From an uncultured Ignavibacterium sp. (GTDB lineage: Bacteria; Bacteroidota; Ignavibacteria; Ignavibacteriales; Ignavibacteriaceae), in NCBI GenBank assembly GCA_964418885.1, contig CAYQNW010000010.1, positions 455 through 64,454 on the forward strand: DNA of 64,000 nt, written 5' to 3'. The notes beneath the pieces are model-generated. The model worked only from the letters and a program-made list of their open reading frames with translations. It was not told where the DNA came from and did not search any database. The first letter of the stretch is position 1, and every line of letters starts with the position of its first letter. Below are positions 37,701-47,557 of the stretch, piece by piece. Position numbers and translations under genes: made by a program.

Positions 37701-39599
37701 TTATTTGAGAAGGATCATTTTTCTCATTTGGTGAAATGTACCGGCTTTCAATTCATAAAAATAAATCCCACTGGTAAGATTAGAAGCATCAAATTCTATG
37801 GAATAATTTCCTGCCCTCATATAATCATTTATTAAAACGACAACTTCTTTTCCTAGGATATCATAAATCTTTAGACTTACATTTTGTGCATTCGCCAGAT
37901 CGAACTCTATTTTCGTTGTCGGATTAAACGGATTCGGATAATTCTGATAGAGATCAAATGATTTGGGAATTTGCCCGTTATTATCAGCTACAGAAGATGG
38001 GGAAGACTCTAAACCGATATCTATGTTGTTAACAACAGGGTTATTACTCAAATCTATCTGAACCGGTTGTGAGTATTCAGTGGTAACATAACCAATATGA
38101 CTTGCCTTAACCGTATAAATGCCGTTTGTAACAGATGGGACAATGTAATCACCATTATAATCGGTTATAGCGGTTGCAACTACATCGCCGGAGCTGTTGC
38201 TAACGGAAATTAATGAACTGGTTAAAATATTTGTAGGTGTGTCTCCTCCAGCAGAAGTAGATACAGAACCTGTAATCTCTCCGCCAAATCCACCCATCTT
38301 CACCAGATTGATATTAATATTCGTAAGATTAGTATTTCCAGTAAGATTAAATACGTTTGCTGTTTCCCATGAGAATGTTCCTCCATAAAATACACTAACG
38401 TAATCTGCTCTGTAAAATATAATAGTATAGACTCCGTTACTTAGTTTACCAAGAGTATATGCCCCGTTATTATCCGTTTTTAATATTTCACCATCTCCTG
38501 ATGATCTGCCATTTTTCATAAGTGAAGAATTTCCATTTCCTCCGGTAGACAAAGGCAATGCATAAACATAAACATCCGGTACAGGTGTTCCTGTATCGGC
38601 GTCATAAACAAATCCTGAAATACTATTTTTTCCTTCAGTTCCTTCAATTGGCAACGAAAAATCGATACCTGTAACATTTAAATTATCTGGAGAAACAACT
38701 ACAGGAGTAGCATCAAATATTGTTGTAGCCTGGTTATAGAAAAGTAGCTCGTAACCGCTTTTGTATGCGAAAAGTAAATATTCGCCTTCAAATACATCTA
38801 CCGTGTAGTCTCCGTTCGAATCTGTTCCTACAAAGGATGAATCGAGTTTGGGATAAGAGGTTGTAGAAATTTCCACTCCTTCAACAGGAGACAAGTTTGT
38901 AGCATCAATTACATTGCCTGATATCGAGCCTGCTTGTAGATTCCTGTGAATGAAGTTTATATCAGAAGTATCCGAGTTTATTTCAAGTATACTTGCATCC
39001 TCTAAATTCAAAGCATTGTCGTAATATAAATAGCGATAAGCCCATGCTGCTCCTTCTCTGTATAATGCTTTTGATCTTATATAATAGGATCCCGGGGGAA
39101 CCTCGATTGAATAATTACCTTGCTCATCAGTAGATGTGTATAAATTATCTGCAACATTCCCGTTTACATTAAGAAATGCAATCTCTCCATATTGTACTGG
39201 TTGACTGTCTTCAAATTTTACATTCCCGGAAATATTAAAAGTTTGGGTCGGGGGGAAAAGAATTATTTCCTGGTTTGTTAAGCTGTCACCTTCGGAAATC
39301 ATTACGTTCTTATATAGTGTTTGATACTCGGAGTGCTCGAAGGTTATAGTTGTAAACTCTGTTGAATCAGCATTCGGCAGCTCGGTAAACTGTAGTAAAA
39401 ACTCACCATTACTGATAGTTGTTTCCGTATTAGCGCCTGAAGCACTCACGGTAACATTTTCAATAGGCTGATTATCAGTGTTCTTCACGTTACCGGAGTA
39501 AAACGCAATTGCCTGGGCAAAAGCTGATGATTGCATCATTATCATGAGCAGTGCTATGACAACAATAAATAGAAACCTGAAGTGAAATTGATTTTTCAT
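37701..39599 (-). CDS. T9SS C-terminal-sorting-domain protein with repeated CarboxypepD_reg-like (Ig-like) modules
   Basis: Strong SD (AGGAGG) and signal peptide ...SSAFAQA. At least five repeats of the pattern (I)SGxVxDxxxxPVxxVxI...DxxGxYxxxVxxGxYxxxxxxxGY. C-terminal YQNYPNPFNPTTKIEF...GIYFYELKAG...KMILLK sorting domain. Confidence 0.8.
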   Translation of the reverse strand: MKNQFHFRFLFIVVIALLMIMMQSSAFAQAIAFYSGNVKNTDNQPIENVTVSASGANTETTISNGEFLLQFTELPNADSTEFTTITFEHSEYQTLYKNVMISEGDSLTNQEIILFPPTQTFNISGNVKFEDSQPVQYGEIAFLNVNGNVADNLYTSTDEQGNYSIEVPPGSYYIRSKALYREGAAWAYRYLYYDNALNLEDASILEINSDTSDINFIHRNLQAGSISGNVIDATNLSPVEGVEISTTSYPKLDSSFVGTDSNGDYTVDVFEGEYLLFAYKSGYELLFYNQATTIFDATPVVVSPDNLNVTGIDFSLPIEGTEGKNSISGFVYDADTGTPVPDVYVYALPLSTGGNGNSSLMKNGRSSGDGEILKTDNNGAYTLGKLSNGVYTIIFYRADYVSVFYGGTFSWETANVFNLTGNTNLTNININLVKMGGFGGEITGSVSTSAGGDTPTNILTSSLISVSNSSGDVVATAITDYNGDYIVPSVTNGIYTVKASHIGYVTTEYSQPVQIDLSNNPVVNNIDIGLESSPSSVADNNGQIPKSFDLYQNYPNPFNPTTKIEFDLANAQNVSLKIYDILGKEVVVLINDYMRAGNYSIEFDASNLTSGIYFYELKAGTFHQMRKMILLK

Positions 39600-39708
39600 A
39601 ATCTTTTCCTCCTTTAAATTTTATGACCAGATCTATAATGCATAATCCTCGTTTCAAATATCATAAATTGCATACCTGATCATCAATCCCACGAATATGG
39701 TAATTTAA

Positions 39709-40338
39709 CTATATCTCATCCTTCAGAGATTTTTTAATTACCTCCGCTTTTGAATGAACATGAAGCTTTTTGTAAATGTTCTTTATATGAGATCTTATTG
39801 TTTCCACAGAGATAAATAACCTGTCGGCTATTTGTTGATAGCTTAGACCATCTACCAATCCCACGACAACTTCTTTTTCTTTATCTGTTAGAACGGATTC
39901 TTTTCTGCTAAGGGGTTTAGGCTTAAAATATCCTATTACCTGTCTTGCTATCTGAGGAGACATTGGTGCGCCTCCATTGTGTAATTCAATAATTGAATTT
40001 TTTATTTCATCAAAGGGAGAATTTTTCAACAGATATCCGGACGCACCGGCACATAAAGCTTCAAAAATCCTCCGGGAGTCCGCATAAACTGTAAGCATAA
40101 GAATTTCTACTTCAGGATATTTTTCTTTTAGGATTTTCATCCCTTCGATTCCGGACATTCCCGGTAGCTCTATGTCCATAAGTACGATATCCGGTAATTC
40201 GGAACTTTTAATTTTCCACGAAAAGGATTCAATTGAATTTTCGGAGAGTACGCATTTAAATTCCGGCTGCTCGTCAAGATAACCTTTAATACTCTCTCTG
40301 AATTCATCTATGTCTTCTACAATGGCAAGCCTGATCAT
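39709..40338 (-). CDS. Response regulator, NarL/LuxR family
   Basis: REC domain (IVEDIDE, DIVLMDIELPGMSG, LLK) plus a LuxR-type HTH (LTDKEKEVVVGLVDGLSYQQIADRLFISVETIRSHIKNIYKKL). Confidence 0.9.
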   Translation of the reverse strand: MIRLAIVEDIDEFRESIKGYLDEQPEFKCVLSENSIESFSWKIKSSELPDIVLMDIELPGMSGIEGMKILKEKYPEVEILMLTVYADSRRIFEALCAGASGYLLKNSPFDEIKNSIIELHNGGAPMSPQIARQVIGYFKPKPLSRKESVLTDKEKEVVVGLVDGLSYQQIADRLFISVETIRSHIKNIYKKLHVHSKAEVIKKSLKDEI

Positions 40339-40369
40339 GTTTTGTATAAACCTGCTATAATATTGTGAA

Positions 40370-43246
40370 TTAAATTGAAGGCGTAACTATTTTTATACCA
40401 AATCCGTTTTCATTCTCAAATTCTGCTTTCCCGGAAATTCTTTCCGCGCGCATTTTAATATTTTTCAAACCGTTACCTTTTTTCTTATTTATTTCATTTA
40501 TTCCTTTACCGTTATCCTTTATGAAAATGGTAAATGAGTCTGAAGAATTAGATAATCTCACATCAACTTTATTTGCCTCCGAGTGCTTGGCTACATTATT
40601 AATAGCCTCTTTAAATATCAGGTACAGGTTTTCACGTGTTTCCACGCTCATTTTTTTAGAAAAGCTAATTCCATCTGATGTAAAACTCACCTCAATATTT
40701 TTGATTGAAAGAACCTGGTGTGAGAAATCCTGCATACGTGAGATCATATCCTTCACTGTATCATTTCTTGAATCAATCGACCAGACAATATCACTCATAG
40801 TTTGAATTACTTCCCTGCTCAAAGTTCCGATTTTTATTGCTGCCTTTTTAATTTTTTCGATGTCGTTGTTATGCCTGATGACTTCGGAATTTGCAGATAT
40901 ATTCGTGAGCGTTGCGCCGATATCATCATGCAAATCGCTTGCAATTCTCACTCGCATTTTTTCAATTGCCAGCAACCTTTGAACTCTTAAGTTATATAAA
41001 TACCACAGTAACGTTCCCAACAGGATTAATCCAATCAATCTGAACCACCAGGTAGCCCAGAAAGGCGGATGGATAATAAAAGCAAAAGTCTTTGGATTAC
41101 TCCATATTCCCCACTCATTTTTTGCTTTCACTTCAAATTGGTATGAACCATCATCGAGATTCGTGTATTGAACAAATCTCTGTTTAGTTTCAACCCACCC
41201 TTTATCAACACCGCTCAACCTGTAGCTGTAAACCACTTTTTCTGTTTGTGGTAGATCGATCCCTATAAAATCAAATTTGATGTAATCTTCATCGTAGCTT
41301 AGATCAACAAAGTTTGTTTTAGGTATTTTCAGATCATTTTCAAAAATACGTATACGTGTTATGTGAACACGAGGTGGAATTAAATTTGGCGGATCCTGGG
41401 AAGGATCGTACCGCGAAGCACCTTTGCTTGTGCCAAACCACAAACCTCCCGCATCGTCTTCGTAAACGGCTCCCTGGTTACACTCATCGCTTGCAAGTCC
41501 GTCGTTGTATCTTAATGTTCTTACAGACAGTGAATCATCTCTAAATTCAAGAACATTTACACCACGGTTTGTTGAAAGATATATCCTGCCTGATCGATCT
41601 TCCAATATTCCGAGTATCGTGTTATCGGAAAGTCCATTAGTCGTGTTGATGGTTTCAAGCTTTTTGTTTTTGTAAATATTCAAACCCCCGTCAGTACCAA
41701 TGAGTATTTCACCACGACTGTCTTTTAAAATTGCATTTACATAATTGTTAGCTAAACCGTTGGATGTATTTAACAGAATCAGTGAGTCACTTTTCAAAAT
41801 GTTCAATCCTTCCCAGGTTCCAAAATAATAAGTGCTGTCATCATCCTGGTAGATTGAATTAACATAATTACTTACGAGCCCGTTCGATTCATTTAGTTTT
41901 CTTTTTATCTTCCCATCTTTGTAAAAGAAAATCCCCTCATTATAAGTGCCGATAAGCAACTCTCCTATTTTGTTCTGATAAATAACTTTTATCCTTTGAT
42001 TTTCAAGAGAAGAGCTTAGATGACCCGGTAATGTTTTTCCATTCTGATAGATATCAATTCCACCGCCGAAAGTTCCTATTAAAATACTTCCTTCATCCGT
42101 TTCGTAGAAACACCGGATGCGGCTATCAGTTAAACCGTTCTTTTCATTTAACTGAAGAATCTTGCCATCAGTAAAAACCGTTATTCCTGTAGCGTCAGTA
42201 CCGAAGAAAAGATCATCTTGTTTGCTTTTAAAAATTGCACGGACACTCATTTCGGCTAATCCTGAATTCACATCCCACGTTACGAATTTGCCCCCGCTGT
42301 AAATGCTGACACCCCCACCGTCCGTTCCGAAATAAGCAACACCGTTATCATCTTCAAATATAGACATTACTACATTGTTACCCAGTCCCTCTTTTTCCGT
42401 TATCGTTTCAATAGTACCGTTAGTATAAATATTTACTCCGCCGCCCCACGTGCCAAAATACATTTTATTATTTTTTCCTTTTGCTTCGGTAAATACCACA
42501 TCATTCGATAATCCATTCGAACTATTCAAAGGAATATATTTTCCACCACTGATTATTGTAATACCATTGCCCCACGTGCTGATGAATTGCAAGCTGTCAT
42601 TGCTTTCTTTGATGCAAGTGACTTTATCCCCGGTTAATCCATCGGCAGATGTAATATTATTTAACCTGCCGTTTTTAGAAACCGTAATTCCTGCAGCAGT
42701 GCAAAAATAGATTGTGCCATCATTGCTTTCATAGATCGATGTTACCCTGTTGCTTGCAAGTCCGTTGGATTGATCTAATGTTTCGAATTTCCCTTTTGAA
42801 TAGATGCTTATTCCTGCGGCGGTACCGAAATACATTTTACCCGATTTAGGATAAAGAGCAGCATAAACATGATCATCAGCTAAACCATCTTTAGTTGTAA
42901 GTGTATCAAAATTTCCGTTCCTTAAAATACTTACTCCGCCGCCGTTCGTTCCGATAAAGAAAGCACCCAGGCTGTCTTCGGTTATAACAGAAACAAGCGG
43001 GGAAGAAAGACCGTCCTGAATCTGGTAATTGGTAAAGTTCATTCCGTCCCACTTGCTTAATCCTCCGAGCGTGCCAAACCACAAATAACCATCTTTATCT
43101 TTATAAATACATGTTACCTGTGATTGAACCAATCCGTCTTCAACTGAGAGACTCTTATGAATCTTTACCTGGGATTTTAACGGGGCAATAAAACAGGAAA
43201 AGCAGGCTAAAATTATTATTGACATGTAAAAATATTGTTTCATCAC
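40370..43246 (-). CDS. Sensor histidine kinase with periplasmic two-component-regulator beta-propeller repeats and Y_Y_Y-like domain
   Basis: Signal peptide, then more than 12 repeats of about 45 aa (GL.sn.V..i.eD..G.iwfGT.gG), an Ig-like block (YSYRLSGVDKGWVE...YQFEVKAKNEWG), one TM (WWFRLIGLILLGTLLWYLY), a HisKA_3 H-box (IASDLHDDIGATL) and HATPase_c (EAINNVAKHS, DNGKG, GNGLKNI). Confidence 0.88.
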   Translation of the reverse strand: MMKQYFYMSIIILACFSCFIAPLKSQVKIHKSLSVEDGLVQSQVTCIYKDKDGYLWFGTLGGLSKWDGMNFTNYQIQDGLSSPLVSVITEDSLGAFFIGTNGGGVSILRNGNFDTLTTKDGLADDHVYAALYPKSGKMYFGTAAGISIYSKGKFETLDQSNGLASNRVTSIYESNDGTIYFCTAAGITVSKNGRLNNITSADGLTGDKVTCIKESNDSLQFISTWGNGITIISGGKYIPLNSSNGLSNDVVFTEAKGKNNKMYFGTWGGGVNIYTNGTIETITEKEGLGNNVVMSIFEDDNGVAYFGTDGGGVSIYSGGKFVTWDVNSGLAEMSVRAIFKSKQDDLFFGTDATGITVFTDGKILQLNEKNGLTDSRIRCFYETDEGSILIGTFGGGIDIYQNGKTLPGHLSSSLENQRIKVIYQNKIGELLIGTYNEGIFFYKDGKIKRKLNESNGLVSNYVNSIYQDDDSTYYFGTWEGLNILKSDSLILLNTSNGLANNYVNAILKDSRGEILIGTDGGLNIYKNKKLETINTTNGLSDNTILGILEDRSGRIYLSTNRGVNVLEFRDDSLSVRTLRYNDGLASDECNQGAVYEDDAGGLWFGTSKGASRYDPSQDPPNLIPPRVHITRIRIFENDLKIPKTNFVDLSYDEDYIKFDFIGIDLPQTEKVVYSYRLSGVDKGWVETKQRFVQYTNLDDGSYQFEVKAKNEWGIWSNPKTFAFIIHPPFWATWWFRLIGLILLGTLLWYLYNLRVQRLLAIEKMRVRIASDLHDDIGATLTNISANSEVIRHNNDIEKIKKAAIKIGTLSREVIQTMSDIVWSIDSRNDTVKDMISRMQDFSHQVLSIKNIEVSFTSDGISFSKKMSVETRENLYLIFKEAINNVAKHSEANKVDVRLSNSSDSFTIFIKDNGKGINEINKKKGNGLKNIKMRAERISGKAEFENENGFGIKIVTPSI

Positions 43247-43525
43247 TCCCTAGTTTCGTTACAAATGATTTGTGGCAAAATAATTCGTCATAATACATCT
43301 TCCACTTGGTCGTTAAATTTGTAAAAAGATAACGTTTAAAACAACCGATAATATTAAGAATAAATTATACGGGGAAGGTAGAGGTATTACCGGTTTGTTG
43401 AATGGATGAACTGTTTAATGTCATTCAGTAAGAATCTTGTTTAATAGCCCAGGAAATCCATTATTAGATTTTTTTGGTTTAACTAGCACTATTCCTTGCT
43501 GTCTGCAAAGATGCAGGCTGAATGA

Positions 43526-44035
43526 CTAATGTGTTTGTTGGATTAATGTTTTAATCGTCTTGATATGGTGAGTATCATGTTCGGCAACAAAGTAAGCCAT
43601 ATCGACCGGACGCATTGCTTGTTTTAATCTCGGATGAATTGCTTTTCTGTTTAGAACTTCTTCGCTTAACAAATTTAACTTCGCGATGAAATCCTTTCTT
43701 ACTTTCTTTAAGTCGTTTATAATTTCATCAGTGTTCTTGTTATTGTAGTCAACCGCATCAGTTTTTTTATTTTGAAGATCGGCTAGACTCAGCATTTTGT
43801 TGTTTGCAATAAAATCATCGATGCGAGCCGAATGTAATTCTTCAAGATCAATTAAATGCCCGATGTTTTCTTTAATAGACCATTTCCCGTCAGGCTTTTT
43901 ATGTAGTGTTTCTTCAGGAATATTTTTTATCAGGCTCTCAATTTCTGCAGGTGTGTTTGAGAGCCTTTTTAAAATCTCATTTAGCTCGCTGTCATTAAGT
44001 TCAAACTTAAATTTTTTGTCAAACCACTTTTCCAT
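43526..44035 (-). CDS. DinB family protein
   Basis: 169 aa four-helix-bundle-type sequence with His residues at GHLIDLEELH and EHDTHH, typical of the DinB/YfiT metal site. Confidence 0.8.
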   Translation of the reverse strand: MEKWFDKKFKFELNDSELNEILKRLSNTPAEIESLIKNIPEETLHKKPDGKWSIKENIGHLIDLEELHSARIDDFIANNKMLSLADLQNKKTDAVDYNNKNTDEIINDLKKVRKDFIAKLNLLSEEVLNRKAIHPRLKQAMRPVDMAYFVAEHDTHHIKTIKTLIQQTH

Positions 44036-44044
44036 AACATCATT

Positions 44045-44881
44045 TTATTTTGAGAAGACGGAAATCAAACCATAAGATAAAACTTCAGGTGGACAAAGCA
44101 AATGTGTCCCGCCATCGAATACTTTTGTTTCCATTTTAAGACTTGGATACGCTTTATCATTAATTCCGCTAACCAACTGATCAATGGGGTTGAAATATTC
44201 ATCATCTGATTCTTCGCTGCCAACCGATATGAAAACCTTTGCATTTATATCTACAAAACTATTAAATGCATTTTCCTGAACATCAAATATTTTATAATTG
44301 TCCGAACCAAGATGTGGACTTCCAATTATATATCGGTTAAAAAGCTCCGGCTCTGTGAACAGGATGTAGCTGGCAAGCAATCCCCCTAAAGAATAACTGT
44401 TGATAGTCCGATCATCCGGGTTTGTCCTGTAAGTGCTGTTGATAAAGGGAAAAAGTTCATCACGTATAAAAGAGATGAATTTTGGTGCACCGCCAAAGTC
44501 TGATCTGTTCGGCACTTCAGAAAAAGTAAAATCCCTTCTTCTTACATTTCCATTTGAGCTTTTTAAAGCTCCGTAACCAATTCCAACTACAATTAGTTCA
44601 GGAATATTATCGCCGACCTGAAGATATCTTGCGATGCTTGCACCCATACAAAATGAAATATCACCATCAAGGAGATATAAAACCGGGTAACTTTTATCTG
44701 ATGAACCGTAGTCATCCGGCAGGCTTATATAAATGTAATAGTCGTCATTAACTATACTTGAATGTATAATCCTTAACTGTGAGTTGTAAAGATTTAACTG
44801 TTGATCGCTTTCGATAACTTGTTGTGCAAAACTTGTGAAACTGAAAATGAGGGCTGAAATAACCAATAATATCTTATTCAT
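44045..44881 (-). CDS. Secreted alpha/beta hydrolase (putative esterase family, siderophore-esterase-like)
   Basis: Signal peptide ...SFTSFAQQ. YPVLYLLDGD block and serine nucleophile motif SYSLGG, typical of the putative-esterase (IroE/Fes-like) fold. Starts 9 nt after the DinB gene. Confidence 0.72.
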   Translation of the reverse strand: MNKILLVISALIFSFTSFAQQVIESDQQLNLYNSQLRIIHSSIVNDDYYIYISLPDDYGSSDKSYPVLYLLDGDISFCMGASIARYLQVGDNIPELIVVGIGYGALKSSNGNVRRRDFTFSEVPNRSDFGGAPKFISFIRDELFPFINSTYRTNPDDRTINSYSLGGLLASYILFTEPELFNRYIIGSPHLGSDNYKIFDVQENAFNSFVDINAKVFISVGSEESDDEYFNPIDQLVSGINDKAYPSLKMETKVFDGGTHLLCPPEVLSYGLISVFSK

Positions 44882-45014
44882 TTTATCCTCTTTTTATTCC
44901 GTTTAAGTATGGAAATATACGAGTCACAATCACAATTTGGTAGGTAAATACAACGCAATTATATTGTGACAATTATTACCAGAAGTTAATTAATAAATAA
45001 TAGATTTCTTTGAA

Positions 45015-46217
45015 ATGAAACACCCCTGGACAGGATTAAAAAATATACCAAGGAATATCTGGTTAGTTTCATCCGTCACTCTTATTAATCGTGCGGGAAC
45101 TATGGTTCTGCCGTTTGTTGCCCTCTATGCAAAGCAGGAATTGAATGTTACAACAGGCGAAGCAGGGCTTGTTCTCGCTTTTTACGGAATCGGTGCTCTG
45201 ATCTCATCGCCGTTTTCCGGTAAGCTGAGTGATAAGATCGGTCCGTTGAAACTGATGACAATTTCCCTGATCTCAAGCGGGTTGTTTCTTTTTCTCTACT
45301 CTGTTGTTAAAGATTTTAAAATATTTTTAGGCCTGAGTTTAGTGTGGGCAATTTTGAACGAGGCATTTCGTCCGGCTAGTATGTCTTTTATATCAAGTGA
45401 GATTACTCCAGATAGAAGAAAAACGGCATTTGCTCTTAACAGACTCGCAATTAATCTTGGGATGAGCATTGGTCCTGTTATAGGAGGAATATTAAGTACA
45501 ATTAATTTTTCGCTGCTCTTTTATGTAGATGGAATTACATCGTTAGCTGCAGGTTCGTTTTTGATTTTATCTCACTGGCAGAAGCACGAAGCTGCAGATG
45601 AACGAGACGGTGTTAAAGACACTGTTGAAGTAGTAAATAAAGTAAGCTTAATGAAAACTAAAAAGTTTCTCTATTTTATTTTAGCTTTTATTCCCGTTCA
45701 AATCGTTTTCTTCCAACATATTGGTGCACTTCCCCTATTCATTGTAAACGAGCTTGGATTTTCAAATGCGATATTTGGTTACCTGATTGCGATCAATACC
45801 GTGTTAATCATTTTTGTTGAAGTTCCGCTCAATGATGCTATGCGAACCTGGGAAAGCCATAAATCCCTTGCATTAGGTGCTTTGCTAAGTGCGCTGGGTT
45901 TTGGTTTCCTGGCATTTTCAGAAGATATTCCGCCGATAATTTTACTGATTGTTATCTGGACATTTGGAGAAATGATTCTCTTTCCTGCTTCAGGCGATTA
46001 TGTTGCAAGCGTCTCACCCGAAAAACAGCGGGGAGAATATATGGGTTATTTCCAGATGTCGTTTAGCTTTTCATTTATGGTTGGTCCGTGGCTTGGTGCG
46101 GAAGCTCTTGATCATTTCGGATCGCTTAGTCTCTGGCTTGGCTGCTTTGTGCTTGGAATGATTTCTGCTTTTATGCTGTTCAGATTAAAAGGGGAACAAC
46201 ATCATCACAAATTGTAA
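45015..46217 (+). CDS. MFS transporter
   Basis: 400 aa, about 12 TM helices, with a central hydrophilic loop (HWQKHEAADERDGVKD). Confidence 0.8.
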   Translation: MKHPWTGLKNIPRNIWLVSSVTLINRAGTMVLPFVALYAKQELNVTTGEAGLVLAFYGIGALISSPFSGKLSDKIGPLKLMTISLISSGLFLFLYSVVKDFKIFLGLSLVWAILNEAFRPASMSFISSEITPDRRKTAFALNRLAINLGMSIGPVIGGILSTINFSLLFYVDGITSLAAGSFLILSHWQKHEAADERDGVKDTVEVVNKVSLMKTKKFLYFILAFIPVQIVFFQHIGALPLFIVNELGFSNAIFGYLIAINTVLIIFVEVPLNDAMRTWESHKSLALGALLSALGFGFLAFSEDIPPIILLIVIWTFGEMILFPASGDYVASVSPEKQRGEYMGYFQMSFSFSFMVGPWLGAEALDHFGSLSLWLGCFVLGMISAFMLFRLKGEQHHHKL

Positions 46218-46260
46218 ACAGTAAAAAAATTTGAAGAACTAAAAATTTAATTTAAATGTT

Positions 46261-46283
46261 GAAGCCGGTTTAATACCGGCTTC
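46261..46283. terminator. Hairpin between convergent genes
   Basis: Stem gaagccgg / ccggcttc (8 bp), loop tttaata. Confidence 0.55.
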
Positions 46284-46294
46284 CAATATAGAAT

Positions 46295-47557
46295 TTAAGA
46301 TTCAACGGGAGGTTTCTCTGGTTCTTTAGTTTTTGGGGAAGTTCTTTTACGGTACATAAATCCTACACCAACAACTGCTAATACAGCCACTAATATATAT
46401 ACCCAATCATAAGATGCCGGTGTAAGTCTGGCATTCCAGTCTGCAATTTTCGCATCAATAGATTTTTTCTGTTCCCGGGAAAGCATTTTACTCTCCAGTA
46501 GGTAAGGAATCCATTTCGGGTTTATTACTTTAAACCATGTACTGTCGGAAAACATTGCATAAGCATTTTCAGACTCTTCTGGACTTTTCACACCAATATT
46601 TTTTATTTCATCATCTATAAATGATGTTATAACGCTTGTAAACTTTTCACCATTATTAAAATCAATAAGGTGAATACCATTATAAGCAAATTCAACTTTG
46701 ATATTTGTCCAGGCTTCATTAGCAACGGATTCATTCCAGAGAGAGAAGAGAGAATCAATATCTTTCAGCTCCTTGGTTTTCTTGTTCTTTCCCGAATAAA
46801 TATCTGTAAGTTTAATTCCCATGTCCTTCCAGAATTTAGAAAATTTCTCTTGTTGATTTTTTATTTCGTTCAGATCTTCAGGCTCAAGGGTGGTCACTCT
46901 TATAAAACGGATGTTATCCTGTAAAGATCTTTTTACGTTCGACAGCACGTCGTTCTTTTCTACCTGCGAATAAACATTGTTCTTATCTTCGGAGGTTAAC
47001 TGTCCGCTTCCTTTATTTAGTTGAGGAATAAGGCTATCGACAATTCCAACTATAAGTTCATCTCTTCTCTTCAGTGAAGACTTAAGCTGCGTAACTAGTT
47101 TTTCGAGCTCAACAACTTTTTTTGAATTCCTTTTGCTTGTATACTCGTATTGCTGAATTTGGTTTATTAATTCTGTGTTTCTTTTATTAAGTGCATCTAC
47201 CTGTTCTTTTAATTGCAGATTCTCAATTTGAAGAACATCTATTGTCGTGAAATCCTGGTTTCTTATAACCAGATGTGTTTTTAGTTTTTCGAGGGATTTA
47301 TCAAAATTATCTGGATAAAGACTTTTGTCTAACAACGCTTTATGTTCAATGTTATCGTTTCTAAGCCTGTCGATCTCTACAATTAATGAATTTAATTCAG
47401 TCAGGCTGTCGGCAGATTGAATGTCTTTTTCAATTTGGTGATATCGTTGTTTGAATTTCTGAACTATTTCGTAATCGGACTGGGCAAGCGAAGGAATAGC
47501 AATTCCAGCAACAACAACAAGTGCTGACATACATTTTATTAGGTTTAATTGTTTCAT
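46295..47557 (-). CDS. Hypothetical secreted coiled-coil protein with C-terminal membrane anchor
   Basis: 420 aa. Signal peptide (...IAIPSLAQS), about 180 aa of heptad-like Q/K/E/L-rich sequence, a globular region, then a C-terminal TM (WVYILVAVLAVVGVGFMY) with a basic/Pro tail. The start overlaps the upstream gene stop by 4 nt (ATGA). Confidence 0.55.
   Translation of the reverse strand: MKQLNLIKCMSALVVVAGIAIPSLAQSDYEIVQKFKQRYHQIEKDIQSADSLTELNSLIVEIDRLRNDNIEHKALLDKSLYPDNFDKSLEKLKTHLVIRNQDFTTIDVLQIENLQLKEQVDALNKRNTELINQIQQYEYTSKRNSKKVVELEKLVTQLKSSLKRRDELIVGIVDSLIPQLNKGSGQLTSEDKNNVYSQVEKNDVLSNVKRSLQDNIRFIRVTTLEPEDLNEIKNQQEKFSKFWKDMGIKLTDIYSGKNKKTKELKDIDSLFSLWNESVANEAWTNIKVEFAYNGIHLIDFNNGEKFTSVITSFIDDEIKNIGVKSPEESENAYAMFSDSTWFKVINPKWIPYLLESKMLSREQKKSIDAKIADWNARLTPASYDWVYILVAVLAVVGVGFMYRKRTSPKTKEPEKPPVES

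Noticed and set aside
43429-43525. 9-bp inverted repeat gtcattcag / ctgaatgac separated by about 80 nt downstream of the DinB gene
   Set aside because: A single short repeat in an AT-rich spacer with no internal structure or flanking duplication. It is not distinguishable from chance.
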